In this document: in pieces, positions 30,580 through 39,941 of the stretch
Layout: each line of letters begins with the position of its first letter
How positions within the stretch are numbered: the stretch's first letter is position 1
Assembly (NCBI GenBank): GCA_002780005.1
Contig: PEWV01000032.1
Location: forward strand, 8,123-72,122
From: Candidatus Aquitaenariimonas noxiae
GTDB lineage: Bacteria > Omnitrophota > Gorgyraeia > Aquitaenariimonadales > Aquitaenariimonadaceae
Length of the DNA: 64,000 nucleotides
Reading direction: 5' to 3'
Notes under the pieces: generated by a model
The model's database searches: none
The model's input: only the letters and a program-made list of their open reading frames with translations
Told to the model about the DNA's origin: nothing
Translations under genes and position numbers: made by a program

Positions 30580-31591
30580 ATTTTTAAAAAATTGTTTTAT
30601 TGTCACCGAAATTTCTGCCAATCATTGTCGGAATTTTAAACAGGCGATTGCTTTAATAAAAAAAGCAAAGGAGTGCGGTGCTGATGCGGTGAAATTCCAG
30701 ACGTATACTCCAGACACTTTAACTATAGATGTAGATAATAAATATTTTAGGATAAAACACCCTAAATGGAAAGGGCAGACACTGTATCAATTGTACAGAA
30801 AGGCATATACGCCTTGGTTGTGGTTTAAAAAGTTAAAAAGGATAGCAGATAGCTTAGGGATTATATTTTATTCTACCGCTTTTGATAAAACTAGTGTTGA
30901 TTTTCTGGAAGAATTAAATGTGCCTATACATAAAATCTCCTCATTTGAATTGGTTGATTTACCTTTAATTGAATATGTTGCCAGGACAAAAAAACCGCTT
31001 ATGCTATCAACTGGAATGGCAACCTTATCCGAAGTTAAAGAAGCAGTTAATGCCGCGGAGAAAGCGGGAGCAAAAGATATAATTTTATTAAGATGCGTTA
31101 GCAATTATCCTGCCAAGCCAGAAGAAATGAATTTAAAAACCATTCTACATATGCAAAAGTTGTTTAAATGTCCTATTGGACTTTCAGATCACACATTGGG
31201 AATAGCGGTGTCACTTGCGGCAGTTTCCCTGGGTGCAAAAGTAATAGAAAAACATTTTATCCTATCGCGGAATATTAAAACACCAGATAGTTTTTTTTCC
31301 ATTGAGCCACAAGAACTATTAGAACTTGTTAGGAATATAAGAATTGTTGAGAAATCTTTGGGTAGGGTACATTATGGATCAACCGAAGGCGAAACAAAAA
31401 ACAAAGTTTTCAGGCGTTCTCTTTTTATAGTGAAAGATATTAAAAAAGGAGAAAAATTTACTGAAGAAAATATAAGGTCTATAAGACCAGCATATGGGAT
31501 CCATCCAAAATATTTTAAACATGTTATAGGCAAGAAAGCAAAAAGAGATATTAAAAAAGGCGCGCCTTTAAAATTGGAATTAGTGAGTTAG
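30551..31591 (+). CDS. pseI: Pseudaminic acid synthase PseI (NeuB-family nonulosonic acid synthase)
   Basis: NeuB TIM-barrel signature (EISANHCRNFKQAIALIKKAKECGADAVKFQTY...KISSFELVDLPLIEYVA) and a C-terminal SAF/antifreeze-like domain. Confidence 0.85.
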   Translation: MKEAMDLDIKFLKNCFIVTEISANHCRNFKQAIALIKKAKECGADAVKFQTYTPDTLTIDVDNKYFRIKHPKWKGQTLYQLYRKAYTPWLWFKKLKRIADSLGIIFYSTAFDKTSVDFLEELNVPIHKISSFELVDLPLIEYVARTKKPLMLSTGMATLSEVKEAVNAAEKAGAKDIILLRCVSNYPAKPEEMNLKTILHMQKLFKCPIGLSDHTLGIAVSLAAVSLGAKVIEKHFILSRNIKTPDSFFSIEPQELLELVRNIRIVEKSLGRVHYGSTEGETKNKVFRRSLFIVKDIKKGEKFTEENIRSIRPAYGIHPKYFKHVIGKKAKRDIKKGAPLKLELVS

Positions 31592-31709
31592 CGATAAGCG
31601 TTAGTTAACTTTTTCAAATATTTCTTGAAATTTTATAAGCCGTTTAGAAAAAAAGCTCTTTTTTATAAAACCCCTAATGATGACCAAAGAAAACAAAGGG
31701 AATTTATAG

Positions 31710-33422
31710 ATGGATTTATCCTTTTTCAAAAGATTTATAGAGTCATCGCCTACGCTATGGCGATTTTTGAGCAGAATTAGATTAATTTTAAATGGGCAAC
31801 CTCGATGGAAACCGGTGTTGGATAAAGATAGAACACGGTGGACCACATATATTAAGAAAGCAAAATTAGGGCCAAATATATTGATTGCAACAAGTTTAGG
31901 CTCTCATTTAGCAGCATCGAGATTGGAGAGTTTACTTGCAGTTGCTTTAACATTACGAGGGGCCTCGGTTTCTATTTTGCTATGTGATTCTGCTTTGCCA
32001 GCATGTCAAGAAGCAGATGTCGGGAGGTGTCCAAACAGAAAACATTTTATCCGCTATGGCCCACGAAGAGATTTGTGTATAGGGTGTTTTTCGCCGGCGT
32101 ATAAGATGTATCGATCTCTCGGTATCAATGTCTTTCGATATAGCGAATTTATTACAGCGGATGAATTAGCCAATGTCCATAATATTTCATCTACATTACC
32201 GCTTGAAGACATTCAGAATTATAGATTGGATGGTTTATCCATTGGGGAGCATGCCTTGGCGGGAGCGCTGAGATTTTTGGCCAGAGGGACACTTGACAAC
32301 GAACCTTATGCAGAATCAATTCTGCGGCAGTATCTCAAAGCTGCCTTAATAACTGTTTATGTTATGCAGCATCTACTAGAAAAAAGCCATTTTGAGCATG
32401 CGGTATTTCATCATGGAATTTATGTTCCTCAAGGATTAATTAGAGAGGTGTGTCACCACTCTGGCGTCCGAGTGGTTAATTGGGATCCAGCATATCGAAA
32501 AAACTGCTTTATTTTTGGTCACGGTGATAATTCTTTTCGCACTATTATGACAGAACCCGTAGAAAAATGGATAAATATTCAATGGGGTTCTGGGTTAGAA
32601 ACAGAGTTGATGAGATATCTAAAAAGTCGTTCATATGGTACTCAAGATTGGATTTGTGTTCATCATAAAACTTCTAAAGAAGACTTAAATACTATCGCTG
32701 CTAAAATAGGGGTAGATTTTTCAAAACCTTGTATTGGCATGCTTACTAATGTAATGTGGGATGCACAGATCTACTACCAAAATAATATATTTAAGAATAT
32801 GTTGGAATGGGCCTTGGAAACAATTGAATATTTTGCAAAACGTCCCGAGTTGCAACTGCTGGTCCGCGTACATCCAGCAGAAATTCTAGGTATCATGACT
32901 TCTAAGCAGCTGTTTATTGAAGAGATAAAAAAAGTTTTTCCTGTATTGCCGAAAAATGTCTTTATTATTCCACCCGAAAGTCCAATCAGTACTTATGCGG
33001 CTATGCTGCAGTGTAATGCTGTAATTATTTATTCCACAACAGCAGGGATGGAACTGGCAGCTTTAGGAATTCCTATAATTGTTGGGGGTGGGACCTGGTT
33101 TCGAAATAAAGGGATTGGAATGGCAGCTGATTCTAAGGAAGATTATTTCAGGCTACTTAACCGGTTGCCTTTAAAGCACCGATTAAAAAATGATTTAATT
33201 GAGCAGGCACGGAAATATACATTTCACCTTTTCTTTCGGAGAACGATTCCTATAAAGTTTGCGAAAGAATCTGTTTTTCACTCTTTTGTACAGACCCCAT
33301 ACGTGATAAATGTACAGAATATCAGTGAATTATTGCCGGGCCAAGATAAAGGACTTGATATAATTTGTGATGGCATACTTTATGGGAAAGATTTTATTTA
33401 TCCTGCAGAATTATATATATAG
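31710..33422 (+). CDS. Large (570 aa) soluble protein of unknown function immediately downstream of pseI; candidate nonulosonic-acid transferase / surface-carbohydrate biosynthesis protein
   Basis: No family motif I can assign confidently. It is Cys-rich near the N-terminus (CDSALPACQEADVGRCPNRKHF...CIGC) and has a Gly-rich loop near the C-terminus (GIPIIVGGGTWF) suggestive of a GT-B-like fold. The assignment rests mainly on operon position. Confidence 0.35.
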   Translation: MDLSFFKRFIESSPTLWRFLSRIRLILNGQPRWKPVLDKDRTRWTTYIKKAKLGPNILIATSLGSHLAASRLESLLAVALTLRGASVSILLCDSALPACQEADVGRCPNRKHFIRYGPRRDLCIGCFSPAYKMYRSLGINVFRYSEFITADELANVHNISSTLPLEDIQNYRLDGLSIGEHALAGALRFLARGTLDNEPYAESILRQYLKAALITVYVMQHLLEKSHFEHAVFHHGIYVPQGLIREVCHHSGVRVVNWDPAYRKNCFIFGHGDNSFRTIMTEPVEKWINIQWGSGLETELMRYLKSRSYGTQDWICVHHKTSKEDLNTIAAKIGVDFSKPCIGMLTNVMWDAQIYYQNNIFKNMLEWALETIEYFAKRPELQLLVRVHPAEILGIMTSKQLFIEEIKKVFPVLPKNVFIIPPESPISTYAAMLQCNAVIIYSTTAGMELAALGIPIIVGGGTWFRNKGIGMAADSKEDYFRLLNRLPLKHRLKNDLIEQARKYTFHLFFRRTIPIKFAKESVFHSFVQTPYVINVQNISELLPGQDKGLDIICDGILYGKDFIYPAELYI

Positions 33423-33431
33423 AATTTAAAG

Positions 33432-34763
33432 ATGAAAGAAAATCCTAAGATTGTCATTATCGGCTCTGGTCCCTGTGGAATAGGTGCGGGATGGCACCTT
33501 TTTAAAAATGGATATAATAATTGGGTAATCTATGAGAAAAATGCCTATCCGGGGGGGTTATCAGCAAGTTTTAAAGATGCAAAGGGTTTTACCTGGGATA
33601 TAGGAGGGCATGTTTTATTCTCTCATTATAAAGAGTTTAGTGGATTTTTAGAAGAGGTCTTAGAAAAAAAATATTTAGTACATAATAGAAACTCCTGGGT
33701 TAGGGCGATTGAGAGCTGGATTCCATATCCATTTCAAAATAATATCCATTATTTACCTCAAAAAGAGTTTGAAGAATGTTTTAAAGGTCTTGAAGAACGT
33801 TCCTGTGGGATTTGCAAAGTAAGTAATTTTCAGGAATGGATAGAAACTAACTTTGGTAAAGGGATTTCAAAATATTTTATGATATCGATGAATCAAAAAA
33901 TGTGGTCTTATCCTTTAGACAAGATGTCCACGCAATGGATAGATGAAAGGATAAGCCCTGTAAGCTTAGAAGCAATAAGGCAGAATATGAAGGGCAATAA
34001 AATAGACAGTAGCTGGGGACCAAATAGTACTTTTATCTACCCTTTTTTTGGTGGTATAGGCGAGGTCTTCAGAAGAGCGGTAGTTAAATTCAGGGATAAG
34101 GTGAGGCTAGAAAACCAAGTTTATAAAATAGATTTAGACTCTAAAAAAATATTTTTTAAGAATGGAATGGAAGATAAATTTGATATTTTAGTAAACACCT
34201 CGAACCTTATAGATTTCATTAATATTCTCTACCCACAAAATCCCAGCATTGTCAAAGCTTCAAAAAGACTAAAATACAATAGGCTCTTTATCGTAGGCAT
34301 TGGTCTTAGGAGAGAAAGAAAAGACCCAAGAACCTGGATATATTTTCCTGAAGAAAAATATATTTTCTATAGGGTAACTAACCTCTCAAATTACTCACCT
34401 TATAATGTTCCCAATGGTCATATGCAGAGTTATTCTTCTTTGCTTACAGAGATTACCTTGTCCGAAAATGCACCGGCGAATAGAAAATTCTTTATAGAAG
34501 AAACTGTAAAGGGCTTGATAGATACAGGTATGCTCTCAAAAGCTGATGAAAGTTTAATAGAAAGTATTTTTTCCTTAGAGGTAGAAAATGCTTATCCTAT
34601 ACCCACAGTAGACAGGGATGAGGTTCTATATAAAATTAATGAATTCCTTGAGTCTCAAAACATCTATTCCCGAGGTAGATTTGGTTCCTTCAAGTATGAG
34701 AGGGGGAATATGGATGACTGTTTTATGCAAGGATTTGAGATTGCCCACAGAATGGTGATTTGA
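33432..34763 (+). CDS. FAD/NAD(P)-binding oxidoreductase (amine-oxidase / UDP-galactopyranose-mutase-like fold), paralogue 2
   Basis: Dinucleotide-binding motif (VIIGSGPCGIGAGW...EKNAYPGGL). It is paralogous to the ORF at 21923-23236. Confidence 0.6.
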   Translation: MKENPKIVIIGSGPCGIGAGWHLFKNGYNNWVIYEKNAYPGGLSASFKDAKGFTWDIGGHVLFSHYKEFSGFLEEVLEKKYLVHNRNSWVRAIESWIPYPFQNNIHYLPQKEFEECFKGLEERSCGICKVSNFQEWIETNFGKGISKYFMISMNQKMWSYPLDKMSTQWIDERISPVSLEAIRQNMKGNKIDSSWGPNSTFIYPFFGGIGEVFRRAVVKFRDKVRLENQVYKIDLDSKKIFFKNGMEDKFDILVNTSNLIDFINILYPQNPSIVKASKRLKYNRLFIVGIGLRRERKDPRTWIYFPEEKYIFYRVTNLSNYSPYNVPNGHMQSYSSLLTEITLSENAPANRKFFIEETVKGLIDTGMLSKADESLIESIFSLEVENAYPIPTVDRDEVLYKINEFLESQNIYSRGRFGSFKYERGNMDDCFMQGFEIAHRMVI

Positions 34764-35776
34764 AAATGAAGTTTTCTATAATAATTCCTGTGCACAACGA
34801 GCAAGATAAGCTGAAACCCTGCCTGGACGCTATATTTTCTTCCGAAACCAAAGATTTCGAAGTTATTGTCGTAGATGATAAAAGTACCGATAAATCTGTT
34901 GAAATTGCTGAAATGTATCCCTGCAAATTAATAACCCTGGGGGAAAATAAAAGGGCAGCTTATGCAAGGAATATAGGAAGAGCTAATTCTGAGGGCGACA
35001 TTTTTGTATTTATAGACGCCGATGTAATAATAAAAAAAGATACTTTAGATGTCATATGGCAGAGTTTCAAAGAAAATAATGACATAGCTGCTGTCACCGG
35101 TATTCTTTCTAAAGACTGCCCTTATAAAAATTTTTTCAGTCAATATAAAAATCTCTATATGAATTATGTCTTTAGAAAATGCCCGAAATATATCGATTTT
35201 CTCTATGGCTCAATTATTGCTATAAAGAAAGAACATTATTTGCCGTTTAATGAGGGGTTTAAAATTACCGACGATACAGAGCTAGGGCAAAGATATAAAG
35301 AATTAAATAAAAAAATACTCTTAAACCCTAGCCTAGAGGTAATACATAGTAAAAGGTATAATTTTAAGACAATTATAAAAAACGATTTTTTTGTTCCGTT
35401 CTGGTGGTCAAAGTCTTTCATATTGCACAGGGGTTATTGGGATATTTTTCGAAAGAAAAGATTTGCCCATGCCCGAGTAAGCCAGATAATAAGCGTTTTG
35501 GTGTCATGTTTTTTGCTCATCTCTTTATTTTTTCAATGGAATCCAATAGCACGGCACATCTTTCTTAGCCTTCTATTTTTATTCATACTTCTGAGTTATA
35601 ATTTTTTTCTTTTTCTATATAAAGAGAAAGGTTTTCTATTCTTGCTAAAATCTATTATATTTACATATCTAGATATGTTGGTAATGGGCTTAGGAATATT
35701 AACAGGGTTTATCGATTGTTTGGTTAAAGGTTTCTGTAAGAGAAGTAAGAGATTGTTTAAAACTTCAATACAGTGA
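34760..35776 (+). CDS. Family 2 glycosyltransferase with C-terminal transmembrane helices
   Basis: GT-A motifs (IIIPVHNEQ...VVDDKSTD...FIDADV) followed by a hydrophobic C-terminal third. Confidence 0.75.
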   Translation: MKMKFSIIIPVHNEQDKLKPCLDAIFSSETKDFEVIVVDDKSTDKSVEIAEMYPCKLITLGENKRAAYARNIGRANSEGDIFVFIDADVIIKKDTLDVIWQSFKENNDIAAVTGILSKDCPYKNFFSQYKNLYMNYVFRKCPKYIDFLYGSIIAIKKEHYLPFNEGFKITDDTELGQRYKELNKKILLNPSLEVIHSKRYNFKTIIKNDFFVPFWWSKSFILHRGYWDIFRKKRFAHARVSQIISVLVSCFLLISLFFQWNPIARHIFLSLLFLFILLSYNFFLFLYKEKGFLFLLKSIIFTYLDMLVMGLGILTGFIDCLVKGFCKRSKRLFKTSIQ

Positions 35777-35826
35777 CCGAGTAATCAATTGCAATTATTC
35801 TTAAAAAATATAATTATGTTAAGATA

Positions 35827-36969
35827 ATGCCTAAACTAAAAATTCTTTTTATAACCGAATACTACCCTTACGAAGAAAACATCAGAGGTCTGTTTATTAA
35901 GGAACATGCTAAAGCGGCAAGTCTCTACAATGAGGTGATAGTAATTAATGGTTTAGAGGTTGAAAAACCAACAAAAAAATTATATAAAATCAATGACACA
36001 ATAAATGGAGGCATTAGAGAAATACATATATGCTACTATGCACCAAGGCCCTTCCCAAAAATTTTCTATCCTGTCTATTTATGGGCTTTACTCAAAATTG
36101 TCAAAAAATTGTTGAATGAAGGCTTTATGTTTGATGTTATTCATGCACATGAATATTTTTCTGCTTTTCCGGCTATATTATTGAGCAGATATTTTCGGAT
36201 ACCGCTAGTAATCACCGAACATTTCAGTTACTTTCCATTAGGAGCGATGAAAGGCTTGAAACTTTTGAAAGCACGATTGGTAATGAATCGGGCAAATGTA
36301 ATATTGCCGGTAAGCTATGCGCTGCAGAAAGCTATTGAGGGTTGTGGTATTCGCGGTAATTTTGAGATAATTCCCAATACTGTAGATACTCGTCTGTTCT
36401 ATACGAGTAGAAAAAAAGATGAAGATAAACAGATGAAAAAAATATTGTTTGTAGGTTTGCTCAAACCTACAAAAGGCATTTTTTGTCTCATTGAGGCTTT
36501 AGCGAAAGTTAACGAGATGCGGCATGATTTTAAACTGGATATAGTTGGAGATGGACCATGTCGAGCAATACATGAAAGACAAGCAAAAGATTTAGGGCTT
36601 GAAGACAAAGTTATTTTTCATGGGTTAAAAACTAAAAAAGAGGTTAGTCAATTTATGATGGAAGCAGATTTTTTTGTTTTACCTAGCGAATGGGAAAATC
36701 TGCCGTGCGTCTTGATTGAAGCAATGGCATCAGGTTTGCCTGTTATTGCGACCAAAGTAGGCGGTATTCCTGAAATGGTAACCGAGAAGGCCGGAAAATT
36801 AGTGTCGCCTAAGAATTCCAATGCCCTGGCAGAGGCAATAAATTATATGCTGGACCACTATATAGATTATTCATCCGAAGAAATTGCCATGTATGCAGAG
36901 GAAAGATACAGTTATAAAACGGTGGGGAAGGCTTTAGATAGGGTGTATAGAGATTTAAGCAAAGAGTAG
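35827..36969 (+). CDS. Family 4 (GT-B, retaining) glycosyltransferase
   Basis: C-terminal EX7E-type motif (PSEWENLPCVLIEAMASGLPVIATKVGGIPEMV). Confidence 0.8.
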   Translation: MPKLKILFITEYYPYEENIRGLFIKEHAKAASLYNEVIVINGLEVEKPTKKLYKINDTINGGIREIHICYYAPRPFPKIFYPVYLWALLKIVKKLLNEGFMFDVIHAHEYFSAFPAILLSRYFRIPLVITEHFSYFPLGAMKGLKLLKARLVMNRANVILPVSYALQKAIEGCGIRGNFEIIPNTVDTRLFYTSRKKDEDKQMKKILFVGLLKPTKGIFCLIEALAKVNEMRHDFKLDIVGDGPCRAIHERQAKDLGLEDKVIFHGLKTKKEVSQFMMEADFFVLPSEWENLPCVLIEAMASGLPVIATKVGGIPEMVTEKAGKLVSPKNSNALAEAINYMLDHYIDYSSEEIAMYAEERYSYKTVGKALDRVYRDLSKE

Positions 36970-37030
36970 CTAATATGCAGAATGCAATCATGACAGATAC
37001 GCATAGGTGATAGAATCTTAAAAGATTAAA

Positions 37031-38587
37031 ATGATAAAAGTGTGTTTAATCTCTTTATATGAAGATATAAGTTCTAATGGGATACGATACTTATCTTCAT
37101 ATTTAAAATCTAACGGCGTTGCAGTAAATATGATATTTATGCCTGCAGATATTTCTGATTTTTGTTATAAAGGAAAAAATGATACAAAGAAAGAAATAAA
37201 CATATTAAAGAACTTATTAAATCAGCTTTCCCCCGATCTGATAGGAATAGGTGTTATGGCTAATTATTTTAACAGAGCAGTTCGCATAACAACAGAAATA
37301 AAGAAAGATTTTGATATTTCTGTTATTTATGGAGGTATTCATGCAACAATGTGCCCTGAAGAATGTTTGGAATATGCAGATATAGTCTGTGTAGGTGAAG
37401 CTGAAGAAACGATGACAGAGTTGTGCAAGTCTAAAAATAATCCAGATGCATTAAGGGATATTAAAGGGATATATTACAAACTAGGTGATAAAGTAAAAAA
37501 GAACGAAATTAGGCCTTTAGAAGAAGATTTAGATAAATATCCTTTTCCAGATTATTCGTTAACGGGAGACTTCTTGATTTTAAATAATAAGCTAGAGCGT
37601 ATTCAAAAGAATCACATGGAGAGCTTATTACCTTTGCATCCTTTTGGTGTTGTCACATATAGGCTGATGAGCTCTCGAGGATGTCCTTTTTCATGTACAT
37701 ATTGTTGTAATGAGGCACTTCGGCAAATCTATTCTGGAAAAGGGAAATATCTCAGAGAGAGAAGTGTAAAAAATGTTATTAATGAAATGCTGACTGTAAA
37801 AAATAAATTTAATATACAGGCTTTTCGGATTATGGATGATTCTTTTTTACATCATTCTCTTGAGTGGTTTAAAGAATTCAATAAACTGTATAAATCTAGC
37901 GTTAATTCGCCATTTAGTTGCTTATCAAGTCCCGGCAATGTAACTGTTGAAAAAATGAAGCTATTAGTCGATTCCGGCTTAAGACATATTCAAATAGGGT
38001 TGCAGAGTGGAAGCGATAGAATTAACTTCGAGCTCTATAAAAGAAAGATAAGCAGCGAAAAAACGCTCGCGGTGCTCAACATAATTAATTCACTAAATCC
38101 AAAGCCAAAGGTAGACTTAGATATTATTTTCGATAATCCTTTTGAATCTGATTTAGATAAGATTCAGACAATATATTTTCTGTGTAAAATAAACAAAATG
38201 CAAAATGTGCTATTAGCCTGCTATAGTTTAGTTTTTTATCCTAAAACACAAATATATTATAAAGCAATAGAAGAGGGCATTATCCATGAGAAAGATAGGA
38301 AGAAAGCATATACTCAAGATTTCAGAAAGATTAAGAATACTTTTTTAAATAATTTATGTTTAGGTGCTTCACTTTACAAGTTTTCACCTAAATCGGTTAA
38401 TTTCTTTTTAAAATATAAAGTCTTATATTTCCCTTTTCTGATAGCACAAAAAGCTATTTCTTTCATAAAAAAATTACTTAGTTTTTCACGTAATGTACGA
38501 AGAAGAAAAAGCAAAAAACTCCCACTATTATCCTCAACATTAATAACAAAAACAATATTCCTTGACTCAAAGTTAGAAAAGACATAG
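37031..38587 (+). CDS. Cobalamin (B12)-binding-domain radical SAM protein
   Basis: N-terminal B12-binding Rossmann-like domain (IGIGVMANYF...VIYGGIHATMCPEE) followed by the radical SAM CxxxCxxC motif (SSRGCPFSCTYCCNE). Confidence 0.8.
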   Translation: MIKVCLISLYEDISSNGIRYLSSYLKSNGVAVNMIFMPADISDFCYKGKNDTKKEINILKNLLNQLSPDLIGIGVMANYFNRAVRITTEIKKDFDISVIYGGIHATMCPEECLEYADIVCVGEAEETMTELCKSKNNPDALRDIKGIYYKLGDKVKKNEIRPLEEDLDKYPFPDYSLTGDFLILNNKLERIQKNHMESLLPLHPFGVVTYRLMSSRGCPFSCTYCCNEALRQIYSGKGKYLRERSVKNVINEMLTVKNKFNIQAFRIMDDSFLHHSLEWFKEFNKLYKSSVNSPFSCLSSPGNVTVEKMKLLVDSGLRHIQIGLQSGSDRINFELYKRKISSEKTLAVLNIINSLNPKPKVDLDIIFDNPFESDLDKIQTIYFLCKINKMQNVLLACYSLVFYPKTQIYYKAIEEGIIHEKDRKKAYTQDFRKIKNTFLNNLCLGASLYKFSPKSVNFFLKYKVLYFPFLIAQKAISFIKKLLSFSRNVRRRKSKKLPLLSSTLITKTIFLDSKLEKT

Positions 38588-38690
38588 CGATAGTTGTGAT
38601 ATCGATATTATTGTCTTATCTAACGATGAGGAGATTCCTTGACGCCGAAAAGGAGCTATCGAAAAATATTGAAAAGCTAACTTTATGTAG

Positions 38691-39758
38691 TTATAAATTT
38701 ATTTTTGAAAAAATCTTTGAAATAATAGGAACACGGACCTCTCGATAAAATCCTAACCTGTTGCATTCTCTACAACTAGGCAAAGAGCCCCTTTTTATCT
38801 CTTTTCTTAGCTTTACGCGTCTTTCAGAAAACCAAATCTCCGGCCCATCAACTAGGCAGTTCCCATATTCATAGTAATATAAAAATTCGCATGGAAAAAA
38901 GTTTCCCCAAGGGTCTATAAGAATGGTTGTTTTAGTCCTGTTGCAGTCGCGATATAGCAGAGGACATAATTTATTTAATAGATACCTGAGGCACTGTTCA
39001 ATTTTTATAAAGAGTACATTTCGATTTGTTTTTTCTTTGTAAGTTCTCAAAAGATAATAATATCTTGACCAAATTTCCTCTTTTTCTTTAAGCGTAAGCA
39101 GCAAGCAATCCGGGTCTATGGCTCTATGGCATCCTATTCTTTTGCCTTCGAAGTAAGTATCTTTTAAACTTTTATTAAAATCGACCAAAAAAAGTAATTT
39201 AAAATCAGCGTTTTTTTCTTTTGCAAACAGATACATTTCTTTTAAATGAATATAATTTTTTTTAGACATTACAGGCCATATTGATACCACGGGATGTTGC
39301 TTGTTTTGTTTTTTCTTCTCTTTCTGGAGAGCATCTATTCCTTTTGATGCTTCTAAAAAAGCCCCTTTTCCTCTCATTAAATCATGATATTTTTCCGGGC
39401 CGTCTATTGAAAACCTTATGCGGTGAAGTTCGCCTTTAACTAATTCTTTTGCCACGGACTCATTTATTAAAGTTCCATTGGTAACAATTTCCGTGAACGC
39501 TGAAGGAGAAATTTCCCTGATTATTTCTGGCAGGTCTTCTCTTAGCAGGGGTTCACCGCCCAAAAATCTGACACAATTGACACCAAAATGAGATTTATAA
39601 GTTTTGAAAGTATCAATAATCTCCTTGGTGGTTAATTCCGGCTTGTCGCTACGTTCATCGAGCTTCCATACATTGCACATTCTGCACCTAAGATTGCACT
39701 TGTATGTGATATCAAACGTTAAAGTTGTAGGGTAGCCCCGGCTTTTATTTTTTATCAT
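38691..39758 (-). CDS. Radical SAM protein with a SPASM/twitch-type C-terminal Cys-rich domain
   Basis: CNLRCRMC radical SAM motif, GGEPLL glycine-rich SAM motif, and a C-terminal CxxC...CRECN cluster. It is paralogous to the truncated minus-strand ORF at 63339-64000 (shared SIDG.E..HD.MR...GAF block). Confidence 0.75.
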   Translation of the reverse strand: MIKNKSRGYPTTLTFDITYKCNLRCRMCNVWKLDERSDKPELTTKEIIDTFKTYKSHFGVNCVRFLGGEPLLREDLPEIIREISPSAFTEIVTNGTLINESVAKELVKGELHRIRFSIDGPEKYHDLMRGKGAFLEASKGIDALQKEKKKQNKQHPVVSIWPVMSKKNYIHLKEMYLFAKEKNADFKLLFLVDFNKSLKDTYFEGKRIGCHRAIDPDCLLLTLKEKEEIWSRYYYLLRTYKEKTNRNVLFIKIEQCLRYLLNKLCPLLYRDCNRTKTTILIDPWGNFFPCEFLYYYEYGNCLVDGPEIWFSERRVKLRKEIKRGSLPSCRECNRLGFYREVRVPIISKIFSKINL

Positions 39759-39801
39759 ATTATTATCCTAACCTTATTTTAAGCCTCTAAGCCCGAGTAT
39801 C

Positions 39802-39908
39802 AATATAGCACAGAGATAGTTGTAATTTCAATAAATTATTGATATGTTACAGCTGGCGATAAAGATGGAAAATATTACATTGAAACCGTGTCTATTTTGT
39901 GATATATT
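39802..39908. promoter_or_regulatory. Divergent near-consensus sigma70 promoter pair between the two radical SAM genes
   Basis: Plus strand: TTGAAA (39880-39885), 17 bp spacer, TATATT (39903-39908). Minus strand: TTGAAA (rc, 39826-39831), 18 bp spacer, TATATT (rc, 39802-39807). Confidence 0.5.
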
Positions 39909-39941
39909 AATTGCGAAAAAGGGGTATCCTAGTTTAACAAG

